A DNA stretch of 64,000 nucleotides from Haliotis cracherodii (taxonomy: Eukaryota), in contig NW_027266341.1 of assembly GCF_022045235.1 (NCBI RefSeq), positions 28,582,001-28,646,000 of the forward strand, in the 5' to 3' direction. The notes beneath the pieces were generated by a model. That model had not been told where the DNA came from. It was given only the letters and a program-made list of their open reading frames with translations, and did no database searches. Positions 12,803 through 24,480 of this stretch are shown piece by piece. Numbering within the stretch: position 1 is the stretch's first letter; the number at the start of each line of letters is the position of its first letter. The position numbers and the translations under genes were made by a program.

Positions 12803-15166
12803 TCATTGCTTACCCAGAATTTCGTCAAGCAAATTAAAATTGTCACCTTGCACTATGCTATCAAAGAAATCTGGGCTTGTATTCTGAGCATTGTCTAAAT
12901 AGTTCATGAAATCGTCCTGCGCGGACCCCGTGGCGGGATAACCAGATTGTCCTTGGGTAGCACTTGTTGGAACACCCCCTGACGGCACGGCACCTGACAT
13001 CACTGACGACGACATGTTATAGGCGGCAGTGGTCTGGGAGTTGGGGGCAGCGCCTGGCCTCATCGTGACTCTCTGGGCCATCTGCTGTTGCATCATCACC
13101 TGGCTGCCATTTTGCATCATGGCCGCCTGACTGGGCGGCATGGAGTTCATCTGTGGCCTCTGCTGTTGCTGTTGCTGTTGCATCATGCCAGTTTGGCTTG
13201 GGCCACCACTGTTTGGATAGGGTCCGTACTGCATCATGCCTGACGCAGACATAGCAGCTGCCTGAGTCATCGTCGCCTGTCCCGGATGTCTTGTTCCAGG
13301 CATCATTGGCCGCGGCCACTCTGCACTTCTTGGCTGGGAAATATTTAGGCCATCAGGCCCCACATTCACATTCGGAGGTCTCTGATTGCGCATTATTGCA
13401 CTGGTATACGTTGATGTTGACTGTGACCTTGGGGCGGCCTGGGGAGGAGTGGGTCCATTGCCTGCCTGGTACTGGGGTCGCTGCATCTGCTGGCCCATCG
13501 GTCCAGGACGAGCAGGTGCCCCTCCTCCTCCCGCCACTGTGCTGGACTGCATGGACTGTATGGCAGACAGGTGAGCAGCCTGCATCATGCCATTCTGAGT
13601 CTGAGAAGATGTCACTTCACTCTTAACTGCACCATATGCAGTTTGATTCACCATGTTTTGCATCGTTCTCAGGGGATTAGGGCCCCCTCCCGCAGGAGTG
13701 CTGCCGAACTGACCACTAGCGTTTGGATGCATGTGAGGTGTCGACACAGGGGGAACCTTATACTCTGGGGGAGGGCGATTCATGTACTGGGCTGGCATCT
13801 GCCCAGCTGACTGAGATTGCTGCTGCTCAATGAGGTGCAGCCTCTGTTCACGCATCTTCTCCATCTGCTGCATGTTCATCTGTTCACTCATCATCTGCGG
13901 CTGTTGCTGCTGGCTCTGCGGCGGGTGCGGCGTCATCATGAAGGATTGCTGCTGTGTTAGTGAGATCTGTTGTGGTGGCTGTTGCATCTGTAGCTGCTGC
14001 GTCTGCGACAACTGCATGTGATGCTGACCATGTGACACTTGCATGTGCTGCGTTTGCGTAATCTGCATCTGCGGGTTGGGCGATTGGTTAAAATGAGTTC
14101 GCACCTGGTTCTGAAGTTGCTGAAGGGAGGACGGTTGCTGCTGCTGTTGCCCATTGCCGTGGTCCGAGAAATGTGTCAACGGTTTGGTTCCCCCATACGT
14201 CAGCATCTCCTTGTTCTGTATATGTTGCGGATACTGTGATGACTGAGCATCTGACATATGTGACTGTGGAGGAAAGGGGAAGTTCGCAGCCTGTTGGGAC
14301 TGTCCCTGCTGTTGCTGTTGTTGCTGTTGCTGTTGCAAGGGAGAGTACCCCTGATGCTGCTGGAAATTCACATAGCCATTACCCCTTTGGTAGTTAGGGT
14401 CACTGTAAGGGTCAATAGATGGCGATTTCATTGGGTAACCTGGACTGTGAGACTGGTTCTGGTGATGGGCTGCCATTTGTTTGAGGGTCTCAGCAGCGGG
14501 CCCAGTGCCCTCAGACATGCTAGACATAGATGGATTCCTCATAGGAGGAGGAACAACACTATTTGATTCATACATATTCAAACCACTTCCCGGCTCGGGG
14601 AAGGGTTTTGACAGACCTGGAGACTGAATAGTAGGACCGAACATATCAGTCTGTGATTCACATTGTACCTTCACATTGTCATATATCTCATCAAATTTAT
14701 CAAGTTCCTTTATTATATCTGGAGGTATTTCACCCTCCTCTTTCTCCAAAGTGTCGAGGATGTTCTGAAGCTCCTCTACATCGCCAACGTCAAAGATTCT
14801 ATCCTGTGAAGCCTGTCCTGACTGATTGTCAGTGTGACTATGTCCGTGAGTATCTTCAGGGGGCTCCTGTTTACACTCAACGCTTGTGTGGATACTACTG
14901 ACACTGGGTTTGGGGGAGTCAGCCGCCGAACTATAAGTCTTGGTACTGACTGTCACGTTTGTGTGGATTGTCTGAGTATTCTCTGGTCGGGATTTGATCT
15001 GTTGGACAATCTTCACCGACAAATGAGGCAGTTGGTTGTTGTCAATACACGAATTTCCTCCCACACTACTTTTGTTCACAGGAGATTCCTGTTCGTCAAA
15101 GTTGTATGCGCTCTCCGCGGGGTTAGGCTCGGAAGCGGTGCCGTCGATTTTCTGCTTGAGTTTTTT
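12803..15166 (-). CDS. MAML: Mastermind-like co-activator, coding exon 2 (787 aa + stop; acidic domain, Q/P/M-rich region, PPxY, C-terminal acidic LDEILG motif)
   Basis: Acceptor tttttcgtctgtttcag|AAA AAA CTC is in frame with ORF 12803..15238. Joining gives RNLVVT|KKLKQKIDG, like the MAML (V/L)KRKL motif. Contains ELQNILDTL..., PAAETLKQMA, RPPPEYK, polyQ tracts and terminal FNLLDEILGKQ*, like the MAML2 C-terminus. Confidence 0.93.
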   Translation of the reverse strand, partial: KKLKQKIDGTASEPNPAESAYNFDEQESPVNKSSVGGNSCIDNNQLPHLSVKIVQQIKSRPENTQTIHTNVTVSTKTYSSAADSPKPSVSSIHTSVECKQEPPEDTHGHSHTDNQSGQASQDRIFDVGDVEELQNILDTLEKEEGEIPPDIIKELDKFDEIYDNVKVQCESQTDMFGPTIQSPGLSKPFPEPGSGLNMYESNSVVPPPMRNPSMSSMSEGTGPAAETLKQMAAHHQNQSHSPGYPMKSPSIDPYSDPNYQRGNGYVNFQQHQGYSPLQQQQQQQQQQGQSQQAANFPFPPQSHMSDAQSSQYPQHIQNKEMLTYGGTKPLTHFSDHGNGQQQQQPSSLQQLQNQVRTHFNQSPNPQMQITQTQHMQVSHGQHHMQLSQTQQLQMQQPPQQISLTQQQSFMMTPHPPQSQQQQPQMMSEQMNMQQMEKMREQRLHLIEQQQSQSAGQMPAQYMNRPPPEYKVPPVSTPHMHPNASGQFGSTPAGGGPNPLRTMQNMVNQTAYGAVKSEVTSSQTQNGMMQAAHLSAIQSMQSSTVAGGGGAPARPGPMGQQMQRPQYQAGNGPTPPQAAPRSQSTSTYTSAIMRNQRPPNVNVGPDGLNISQPRSAEWPRPMMPGTRHPGQATMTQAAAMSASGMMQYGPYPNSGGPSQTGMMQQQQQQQRPQMNSMPPSQAAMMQNGSQVMMQQQMAQRVTMRPGAAPNSQTTAAYNMSSSVMSGAVPSGGVPTSATQGQSGYPATGSAQDDFMNYLDNAQNTSPDFFDSIVQGDNFNLLDEILGKQ

Positions 15167-16279
15167 CTGAAACAGACGAAAAAACACTTTGACATATAGT
15201 TGAAAACAATACGATTGGGCGAGAAGATTAGAGTACACAATAACTCATCTCATTTCGTCTCTATGTCAATAAATCTGCAAGGCACTAACAGTTAAAAGCG
15301 ACCACTTCTCATGAATAAGCAAGCACCAACCACGTTTCAGAGAAGAGCCGATATTAACGAAGACCGGCCTGCTTAGTCTGAAATCGTTCAATAAAATTGC
15401 TAATCAGAGTGAAGTCCCTCTCGGCTGACGCGAGCAGTCGGGGGACAATGGCTTATAATAGGGGACAGAGTGATCGCTCTTCCCCAACCAAGGTACACGG
15501 TGTCGACGAAGAAATTACTGCAATTTATCACAGCTCCCGCTAGAACAAATCTTGAAATGTACACTCGCGAGTTAATACTATAATTGACAATCTCTAGTAT
15601 CATATTTTCTAGACTGCAAATAAAAGCTACAAATACTCCCTTCTTTTGATAAGAAGAGGCAGAGATACTGAGTGCGAAAAACGCCGACAACATAAACAGT
15701 CTTGACGCAGATAAAAACAGATTATTCTCGATTAACTGCAAAGCAATATTTATAAATACACTAAATCGTAACTGCTGTGCCACTAAAAACGTATCTTAAA
15801 TGACAGTTCGTTGGATAACACTCATCGCATATAAGCAGTTAAAATAAAACAGACTAAATATGGTGCTAATATACAGCTATAGTGCGATGAACACGACATA
15901 TCAATCGGTTTTCTATGTGCAAAACGTATGCGCAGGGAGAATGATGTATTACGATAATAAATTCCTGTCTCTTATCAACGTATGAAAGATAATCCTCAAA
16001 TAGCATGTGTAGAACAAAAATAGGGCTTAGAACACCCACCGAAAACTTGTGTCAACACAGCACCAGATCAACGCGAAATTAATTTTCAATCTTTTAAAAA
16101 CAGAAAATACGTTAACTGTAGTTGAAATTACACCAGGGCGTGAGTGAGGTTTGACGCAACTTTCACCAATGTTCCATCAAGTTGGGGTACATGAGGTTCA
16201 ACGTAGCTTCTATATTAACGTGAGTGAGTGAGTGAGTGAGTGAGCTGAGTTAAACAGGACCATAGTGAGTGTGAGTTAG

Positions 16280-16536
16280 TTGTTTGTTTTTTGTTTAACG
16301 CCGCAATCAGCAATAATATTCCAGCTATATGACAGTGGTCTGGAAATAATACCAGACAATTCCGTGATTGATATCATGAGCATCGATCCACGCAACTGGG
16401 GTACGATGACATGCATCAACCAAGTCAGCGAGCCTGACCACCCGATCCCGTTAGTCGCTACTTACGATAAGCACAGTCACCACTTACGACAATCAAGGTT
16501 GCTGAAGACCAATTCTAACCCGGATCTTCTCGGGTG
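16280..16536 (-). mobile_element. Family A short retroposon
   Basis: Reverse complement of the family A consensus from head to tail. Confidence 0.88.
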
Positions 16537-16636
16537 TGAGTGAGTTGAGTTTAACGTCGACGAAAGCGTGAGTGACGGGAATGGGGTTTAACGTCGCGTT
16601 CAAGATTAAGGCACTCATATAGCGACATGCATGCAC

Positions 16637-16677
<41 letters not shown>

Positions 16678-16929
16678 GGGGGGGGGGGGGGGTGCTTGTA
16701 CTAATCCAAAAAGATGTCGGATTAATTGTGCTAACCCACTCAGATACCATGCCGCAGTTTAACATGGACACCCCGCTCTGACACAGTGTGCTGATTGCAT
16801 CTCCTTGTCCTCAATGATTCAATGCAGGAAGCGTAACAGCAAATACAAATCATTTCACGTCTCTATTCACCGACATTCCACTCTCCAAGCGGACGCTCTA
16901 TCCACTAGACCACGGTCACATTCATCAAT

Positions 16930-17040
16930 AGCACAGGAATATCACCAAAAATGAGCTATATTTCACCCATGTGTGGAATCGACCCGTTCCTTCGATGTGA
17001 AGAGCGAACGCTTTAAACACAGGGCTAACACACCGCCCCC
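16930..17040 (-). mobile_element. Family B SINE, degenerate
   Basis: gagcgaacgctttaaac...accgcccc. Further relics at ~17628-17745 and ~18590-18740. Confidence 0.65.
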
Positions 17041-17191
17041 AGTAGTGAACCAAACTCATTCAAAATATGAAATATCATATTGTTGGTTACTGTCCCTAAG
17101 CTCGAACGGTGGACACATGCCGTATCTGATAATTCTTCACAGCTCTCGTGACATATATCAAATATCGGAAAATGCATCTCACGCACTAACA

Positions 17192-17365
17192 GTGAGTGAG
17201 TGAGTGAGTGAGTTTGGTTTTACGCCGCTTTTAGCAATATTCCAGCAATATCACGGCGGGGGACACCAGAAATGGGCTTCACACATTGAACCCATGTCGG
17301 GAATCGAACCCGGGTCTTCGGCGTGACGAGCGAACGCTTTAACCACTAGGCAACCCGACTGCCCC
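17192..17365 (-). mobile_element. Family B tRNA-derived SINE (tRNA-Asp-like head), full length
   Basis: A-box-like TTGCCTAGTGG, B box GGTTCGATTCC, GTC anticodon-like loop, (ACTC)n tail. TSD ACGCACTAACA. Confidence 0.9.
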
Positions 17366-20107
17366 TTACGCACTAACAAGCATATCAACACAAGAAAGAC
17401 TCTTTCAGAAAATACGCCCCACGACTTGCTGTGTTTGCGCAACTGCTGAGCATCATTGTAACCAATGTTATATTTGAGATAACACTTCCTTCGATTCTAC
17501 ACATTTTAGTACTTCTTACGTATCTGTACTTTACTAAGAAAGTATTATCCCAAATATATCATTTTTTTACATTTGACCGCTTTCTAAATGGCATTGTTTG
17601 TACATAACATAATTGTAATGTGGAGTTAGCAAGTGAATATGGTTTAACGTCGCTTTCCGCGATTATCCAGCAACATCACGGATTGGGACAGCATGAAATG
17701 TACCCATGTGAAGAATGGAATCTGGGCCTTCGGTGTCACGAGCTAAATAGTATCCAAGTGCAGTGCATATTAAAACGTCCGCACATTACCTGACACGCGC
17801 GCCTCCGCCTCGAGCCTGTCACCCTTCCACTTGGATACAATCGCACGTGCGCATTATGCGACACCAAATAAAACAAGACGTTATTATTCTACAACCTCAG
17901 GTGTTGTTTAACCAATCCGTCTGCTCCACTTCAGTCATCATACACAACCAATCCAACCAAAGCACCCATCATCAAAGATATATCATAACTCCGGACTCTA
18001 TGAATGTATGCCTACAGTACTCGTAATAAATTATTTACCGCATGTTTATTCAGATCTGCCCTGAAACCCTCCCCACCCCGTTCTTGAAGCTGCGCCTCAT
18101 CAATGAATAACCAGTCAGTATGGACCCCACCTGGCACGCTGAGCTATGTAGCTGTCCGAACTACGAGTTCGTCACATATACATGAATAATCTTTTCCGTT
18201 AATAATTAACGTTGCATCTCTGGAAGACGGCCCGTGAGCGGGCTGATCAGTCAATCAAAACTTCGCGGCATCGCCGACACGGCTCTGCTCATATTTGTGT
18301 TCAGGAGCGTGACAGACGCCGTCTCTGGTTGTAGAAGCTCCTTGCACCGCAGACCCTATTAATTTCTACGTTGATATCACCGGGCTGTGTAACCGGCGAA
18401 TCCTTGAGGTCAGCGTCCTGCGGCAACGTGGAGTGTTGACGAGGAGTTCGCGCAGAGTTTACACAGCTTATTTACAACTACAAAGAGTACTGGTAAGAAA
18501 AGTTGACAAGGTGTAATTCAAACAGATCATTTTTTGAGTGCCCGCTTTAATGCCTCGAAATTGGGAGAATTGGTGACAGATTTAGTGCTTTGGTTGTCTA
18601 TTGCAAATTGCAGCAATATTTTACCACTGAGTAAAAACAACTGGGTGTTTGAACATAACGTCTTTATATCATCGTACATGTAGGGAATCGACCACGTTTC
18701 GGAGTTCAAAGCGAACGAAACCAACCACAAGGCTACGTTGCCTCACTGTTAAGATTAGGATATTTGATTAACCAACTACGTATGTCTGCGCAACTTTATA
18801 TACTTTCACAGCCCGCTACGAGTACTGACTGTGTAAACCTGGAGCTTGGAGTATCAAATGTATTATCGTGACCTTCGGTTATGCCAAGAGAGCTTCGTTC
18901 TCAATTTGTCATAGCCCATTAACCCAAGAAAAAATATCAATGGCCATTCATTCACAGTGAAGAAAAAACTTAAAATCCAGCAATTATGGTATCTTGCTTT
19001 CCACCGAGTCCAAATATGTCGCGGACCCGTCGCCGGCCTGTACCGAACATGACGAAGATGTACACAACTCGTCCGAGATTCAGCGAGATTTAGATCCAGT
19101 TGCGTGAACTCGGCCTTTTGCTGTTTCTATCTTCGTTTAGTTTTCACATTTTTACTTAAAGCGTCACTTTATCAACATTTGCTTCTTTCGAGCGAGATTT
19201 ATTTGAGTAAATATATTGTTTTTGCTTGATTTATCAGCCGTGGTATTGGTTTTATCCAATGCTGGAGGTTTTCTTGCGCTGGCGGTCTTGAAACGTGAGA
19301 TGTGTTCAAGACACAATCTGACTTAATGTAAGCAAGCATCAAAGGTGTGTTTATTACACACTGGACACGTGTGAATGACTAGTTCTGTATTGTAACCTTT
19401 ACCCCAAGAACTATGCTTCATACAACCACAATTCGATGTTTCTGTGGTGCGGGCGCATGTTTTGGGAGGAATTTTAATAACGCATTTCTGAATATAACCG
19501 TGAGCGAGTGGGGGCTTAATTCGCCGTGAACAGTAATTTAGTCACACCACTGTGTACCAGCTTCTGGATGGAGGAGGAAAACCCGAAACGAAACTGGTCC
19601 CTGAAGTTTCCCTCTTTGGTAGGGGTGCTAAGAGATCAATGGACATAATCACGGTCATCGAATCCTGGCATAACTAAGGGACAGAACTCGACAGTACATT
19701 TCGTCGTCTTAAAAGACTAACCAAGCGCGGGTAACTGTGCGTGACCTTTAATAAGAGATGATGATGCAAAACTGTGAAAACCCGTTTTTGGTATGGTTGT
19801 CTTTTCTTAGTTTAGGACCAAGTCAGCAATATTTCAGCTTTTTAACGCACGCCTGTGAGTAATTGAGCGTGGACCACACCTTGGGGTTAGAATCTGACTA
19901 TCCAACAAAGATGGATTTCCATAACACGAAATTCACGTAGGGTGGGCATATGTTATGGGGCTCCACATGTCATTCTCAGAGGGTGAGTGGCCCCATTACA
20001 ACCCTACCCCCGAATCCGCCACGGTAAAGATGCAGGCTTTCTTGTTCCAAACAACCCATCAGATTCGTCCTTTCAAATATAATATATTACACGTTATTCC
20101 AACGTTA

Positions 20108-20290
20108 TGCGGCGTTAAACAGCAAACAAACAAACCGCCGCCATTTATCTGGAATGTTGCTGAGTGCGGAGTTAACAACAAACAAACCGCCGCCATATAG
20201 CTGGAATGTTGCTGAGTGCGGAATTAAACAACAAACAAACCGCCGCCATATAGCTGGAATATTGCTGAGTGCGGAATTAAACCCCCAAAA
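20108..20290 (+). repeat. Tandem triplication (~53 bp unit) of the family A 3' tail
   Basis: CCGCCGCCATATAGCTGGAATGTTGCTGAGTGCGGAATTAAACAACAAACAAA occurs 3 times, plus a partial copy. Confidence 0.85.
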
Positions 20291-20765
20291 ACAACATGTA
20301 ATCCCAGTGGGCAAATGGCCCAGCTTCCTGTCACACCCACGTCCACATCAACAATAACACTTGTTGTGAACGGCTATGCTAAGTCGATAAGAAATCGTAT
20401 CTGTGCATCAACTTGTATCTCTGTCCAACAAGCAAGTTAACCAAACAAGTTATCACATTAATCGTTAAAAGTTTCATGGAATATACACACTCCTTTACAA
20501 AAGCGCATGTAAAGTCAAATGTTTATTTAATCGCCTGATTTATTCACCTCTTTGCTCTCACCTCACGCGGTATTAATCTACACCACGGACAGATGGGTCA
20601 CCTCCACTAAGCGCTTTCCAGACCCAAAAGTAGTTCTTTCTTAAAGCTGATTGTGATATCGGAATTGCGTGACTGAGGTGCGACCAGTCACAGTGTGTGT
20701 GGGGGGGGGGGAGAGAGAAAGGTTCACGTTACACGTCACCTACATAGAGGGGGGGGGGGGGGGGT

Positions 20766-20767
<2 letters not shown>

Positions 20768-20813
<46 letters not shown>
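20768..20813. repeat. (GA)n microsatellite preceded by poly-G
   Basis: Direct inspection. Confidence 0.95.
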
Positions 20814-20814
<1 letters not shown>

Positions 20815-21726
20815 AGCAGGTCCACTACAATCGAGCTTCGTCACCGAGTGAAAGATTGGTTGGTTCTCATAGCCTAGACCTCCATTGTACCTACTTGTCC
20901 GTGCGTGCTTGCTTCAGACAGGCCACCATGCAATTAAAACGTGACGAGTTCACACCGACATCCCTTCACAGTTCACAATGTATACGTCCCTTGCGTGACA
21001 ATAAATGCATAAAAACGAACGTATATGTGCATTTAATATTGCCTTTAAACTGAATCACATAAAAGCATATATCTTCATATTTTCATCCGTAGTCGCTCAG
21101 ACGTAATTTAAACCACTCTGTAAAACTGATCAGTTGCATCGGGGCTATCGCCATCGTCATCCCCCAAACCATGTTGATCTTGAGTGTTATGGATACACAA
21201 AACCACAACTTTTACAGCAAGTAGCCCTCCGCCAGACTGCACAACAAACTTATCTTGTTCAACACATGTAAATCGTACACTTGACGCTGCAAGTTATCTC
21301 AAAACGCGAACCACACGAGCAAGTAACGACCTACTACCAACCAGGCTCTATCATTAGTTTACATATTTAGGCGGAATTTGATTCCACTATTACTGAGACC
21401 GCGTGCTTTGTTTTCTGTGCTGAAGAGGAAACCTGGGCAGCAACAAGTGGGTTGCATCGGGGTCAGAAGCTGGGGGGAGGCTGGGGCACACACACAAGCG
21501 ACGCTCCACACACCGCGGCGAGGAAGTGAACTCACTAAGGGGTCCTCAGCTCTCGGTACCACCGAGACACTTCCGTAATTAGCCCCCTGCCTGCTTGATA
21601 CTTTTACACAGAGATTGCGCCATGCGTCGTACAGGCTTTTAGATGTGTCAAATAGCTTACTGATGTGTTTCATAATTTTTCATTATATCTCACGGACAGG
21701 TGCTTATGGATATTCGTAAGTGATAT

Positions 21727-22099
21727 ACTATCCAATATAGAATCAAGAACGTTCAAATAATCACATTTTCTCTTAAATTTCAAATAACTATCTTTTGAGA
21801 AACTATCAAATATAGAATCAAGAACGTTCAAATAATCACATTTTCTCTTAAATTTCAAATAACTGTCTTTTGAGAAACTATCAAATATAGAATCAAGAAC
21901 GTTCAAATAATCACATTTTCTCTTAAATTTCAAATAACTATCTTTTGAGAAACTATCAAATATAGAATCAAGAACGTTCAAATAATCACATTTTCTCTTA
22001 AATTTCAAATAACTATCTTTTGATAAACTATCAAATATAGAATCAAGAACGTTCAAATAATCACATTTTCTCTTAAATTTCAAATAACTGTCTTTTGAG
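21727..22099. repeat. AT-rich tandem repeat, 75-bp unit, 5 near-identical copies
   Basis: AATCAAGAACGTTC recurs at 21741, 21816, 21891, 21966 and 22041. Confidence 0.95.
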
Positions 22100-22129
22100 G
22101 TACAACACAGTCACGGGTATACATACGTG

Positions 22130-22467
22130 GTGAGGTGAAATGGGGTTTAACGTTGCGTCCAAAATTATTGCATTTATATAGCGACGTGCATGCACGTGTG
22201 TGTGTGGCTGCTTGTACTAGTCAGGACTTATGTCGATTTTATAGTGCTAGCCCACTGGGATGCCATGCCGCCGTTTAACATGAATACCCCACTCAGACAC
22301 AGTATACTCACCCCGAGCCAACCAGTCAGTGTTTTGGCCCTTAATGCCGAGCGCCAGACAGGGTAACAACAAGTACACTCTTTTTAAGTCTTTTTGGTAT
22401 GACGCGCCGGGGATCGAGCCCCGGAACTTCCGCTCCCCGAACGGACGCTCTACCACTAGGGTCGGCA
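22130..22467 (-). mobile_element. Family D tRNA-derived SINE (Meta/MESC-like core)
   Basis: Head TAGTGGTAGAGCG...GGCTCGATCCC. Core GCATTAAGGG...GACTGGTTGGCTCGG...TGTGTCTGAGTGG...CAGTGGGCTAGCACTATAAA resembles molluscan Meta-domain SINEs. Confidence 0.8.
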
Positions 22468-22934
22468 ACTGGACATGGTATGCGGTTGAGCATCAAGATA
22501 ATAAACCATTATTTAAACAGACAAAAAGTACAATCTTAAAGTCCACCCATGTCTGTCATCCCCAACTTCCTAAAGAATTTTACATTTCTCAATATTGACG
22601 TTCATTTTTATATCGAAATCAGGAAATAGCACAGCGTACGGCAACATGGTATTCGAGTACGGCGTTCCGTATCACGGGTACTCAAGTATCTGAACCAGAC
22701 TCTGTTGAACTCCGTGCAGCGCCATACCCAATGTTTGTTTTGTGTAATAACGAGCCGATCATATGCTGGATGAACATGTTTGCAACAACAAGAACAGTGC
22801 GCTTACACAAGATGGGGAGGGCATACGCTACAGGTAAGTAGAGTCGCAGACGACAGATTTCTCCATACCTGGAGATCCCATTACCCGGAATAAATACCTG
22901 GTACCTAACACACCAAGTCTTCACAGTCCCTTCG

Positions 22935-23195
22935 TTGGTAAACGCCGCACTCAGCAATATTACAGCTATATGACGGCGGTCTGTTAATAATTGAGTCTGG
23001 ACCAGACAATCCAGTGACTGACATCGTGAACATCGATCTACACAATTGGAATGCGATGACATGCATCAATCAAGTCACCTAAGTCATCGAGCCTGACCTC
23101 CCGATCCCGTTAGTTGCCTCTTACGACAAGCATAGTCGCCTTTTACGGCAAACATGGGTTGCTGAAGACCTATTCTACCCCGGATCTTCACGGGT
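22935..23195 (-). mobile_element. Family A short retroposon, full length
   Basis: Reverse complement, with head ...cggatcttcacgggt at 23181-23195. Confidence 0.9.
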
Positions 23196-23749
23196 AAGAT
23201 AGACGTTGATTTTCATGGGTAACCAACATATCCATGTCATTCCCTTCAATATGACAACCCGCTGTTTGGATGTTGACTTTAATACGTAACCTAAAATATC
23301 CAAGTCTTTAAATACCAACATGGAGGTTGTCTTCACGGGCCCTCAATATGACAACACACCGCTACATCAATACCAACATGGACTGTTATTTAAAAGTGGT
23401 GTTCGTCGAATTAGAACGTTGAAATAATAACATTTTCTCTTAAATTTCAAATAACTGTCTTGTGAGGAACAACGAATACATGCGAGCACTCAGATGAGAT
23501 GAGGTGAAATAGGGTTTAACGTCGCGTCCAAAATTCTTGCACTTGCGACATACGAAGTCTTCACAGACACACGTCAATATCAACATGGACGCTGACTTTA
23601 AAGCGGTGTTCGTCGAATTAAAGAACGTTCAAATGATGAGATAACTTTAAAGTGGTGTTCGTCGACATGTAGATGAGAACCTGCCCATATCAGGCGGATA
23701 TCGTTTATTTATAGTTGTATTTACATATCATCTAAACCCTTCTCTTATA

Positions 23750-23916
23750 ATCGGTCGGGAAGCCTTGTAGTTAAAGCGTTCGCTCGTCTCACCGAAGACC
23801 CGGGTTCGATTCCCGACGTGGATACAGTGTGTGAAGCCCATTTCTGGTGTCCCCTGCCGTGATATTGTGGGATATTGCTAAAAGCAGTGTAAAACCATAC
23901 TCATTCACTCATTCAT
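23750..23916 (+). mobile_element. Family B tRNA-derived SINE
   Basis: GTTAAAGCGTTCGCTCGTCTCACCGAAGACCCGGGTTCGATTCCC...ACTCATTCAC. Confidence 0.88.
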
Positions 23917-24207
23917 TCTTTCTTATAGATGTAGAGTTGTCTAGGGCTGAACTCACGGAGCTGTTCTCGAGACCACATACGTTACAACTTATAGTTTGTG
24001 TCTCAACACTGTATCTTCTAATTTGTATAACCTGTTCTCATTCCCAACATAATATTTTGTGAACATATTCAGAGGGAGTAGACTCGGTCAAAATGCCAGT
24101 CGTTGAACGTTTGGTTCTATTTAAAAACACCACTCTCCTCACCTGCTAACTCAGTGCTGGTAACCTTGACCCCGTAATAGATTACATACCATAATTACAT
24201 AAAGCTT

Positions 24208-24480
24208 GTTTTGTTTGGTTGTTGTTTAACGCCGCACTCGGTAATATTCCAGCTATATGACGGCGGTCTGTAAGTAATCGAGTCTGGACCAGACAGTCCC
24301 GTGATTGACATTATGAACATCGACCAACGCAATTGGGACACAATGACATGTATCAACCAAGCCTTACGTCAGCGAAGCTTACCAACCGATCCGGTTAGTC
24401 GCCTCTTACGACAAGCACAGTCGCCTTTAACGGCAAACACAACCACCTTTTACGGCAATTATGGGTTGCTGAAGACCTAT
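24208..24480 (-). mobile_element. Family A short retroposon (three hairpin modules, head truncated)
   Basis: Reverse complement of tail and body. Ends at gaagacctat. Confidence 0.85.

Noticed and set aside
13017-15199. Short ORFs overlapping MAML exon 2
   Set aside because: Shadow frames of a Gln-rich coding exon.
15167-15238. N-terminal 24 aa of the 811-aa ORF
   Set aside because: Intronic polypyrimidine tract and acceptor with a non-ATG start; the real N-terminus is exon 1.
21670-22083. 137-aa KFKRKCDYL repeat ORF
   Set aside because: 75-bp intronic tandem repeat with a non-ATG start; a diverged monomer nearby is non-coding.
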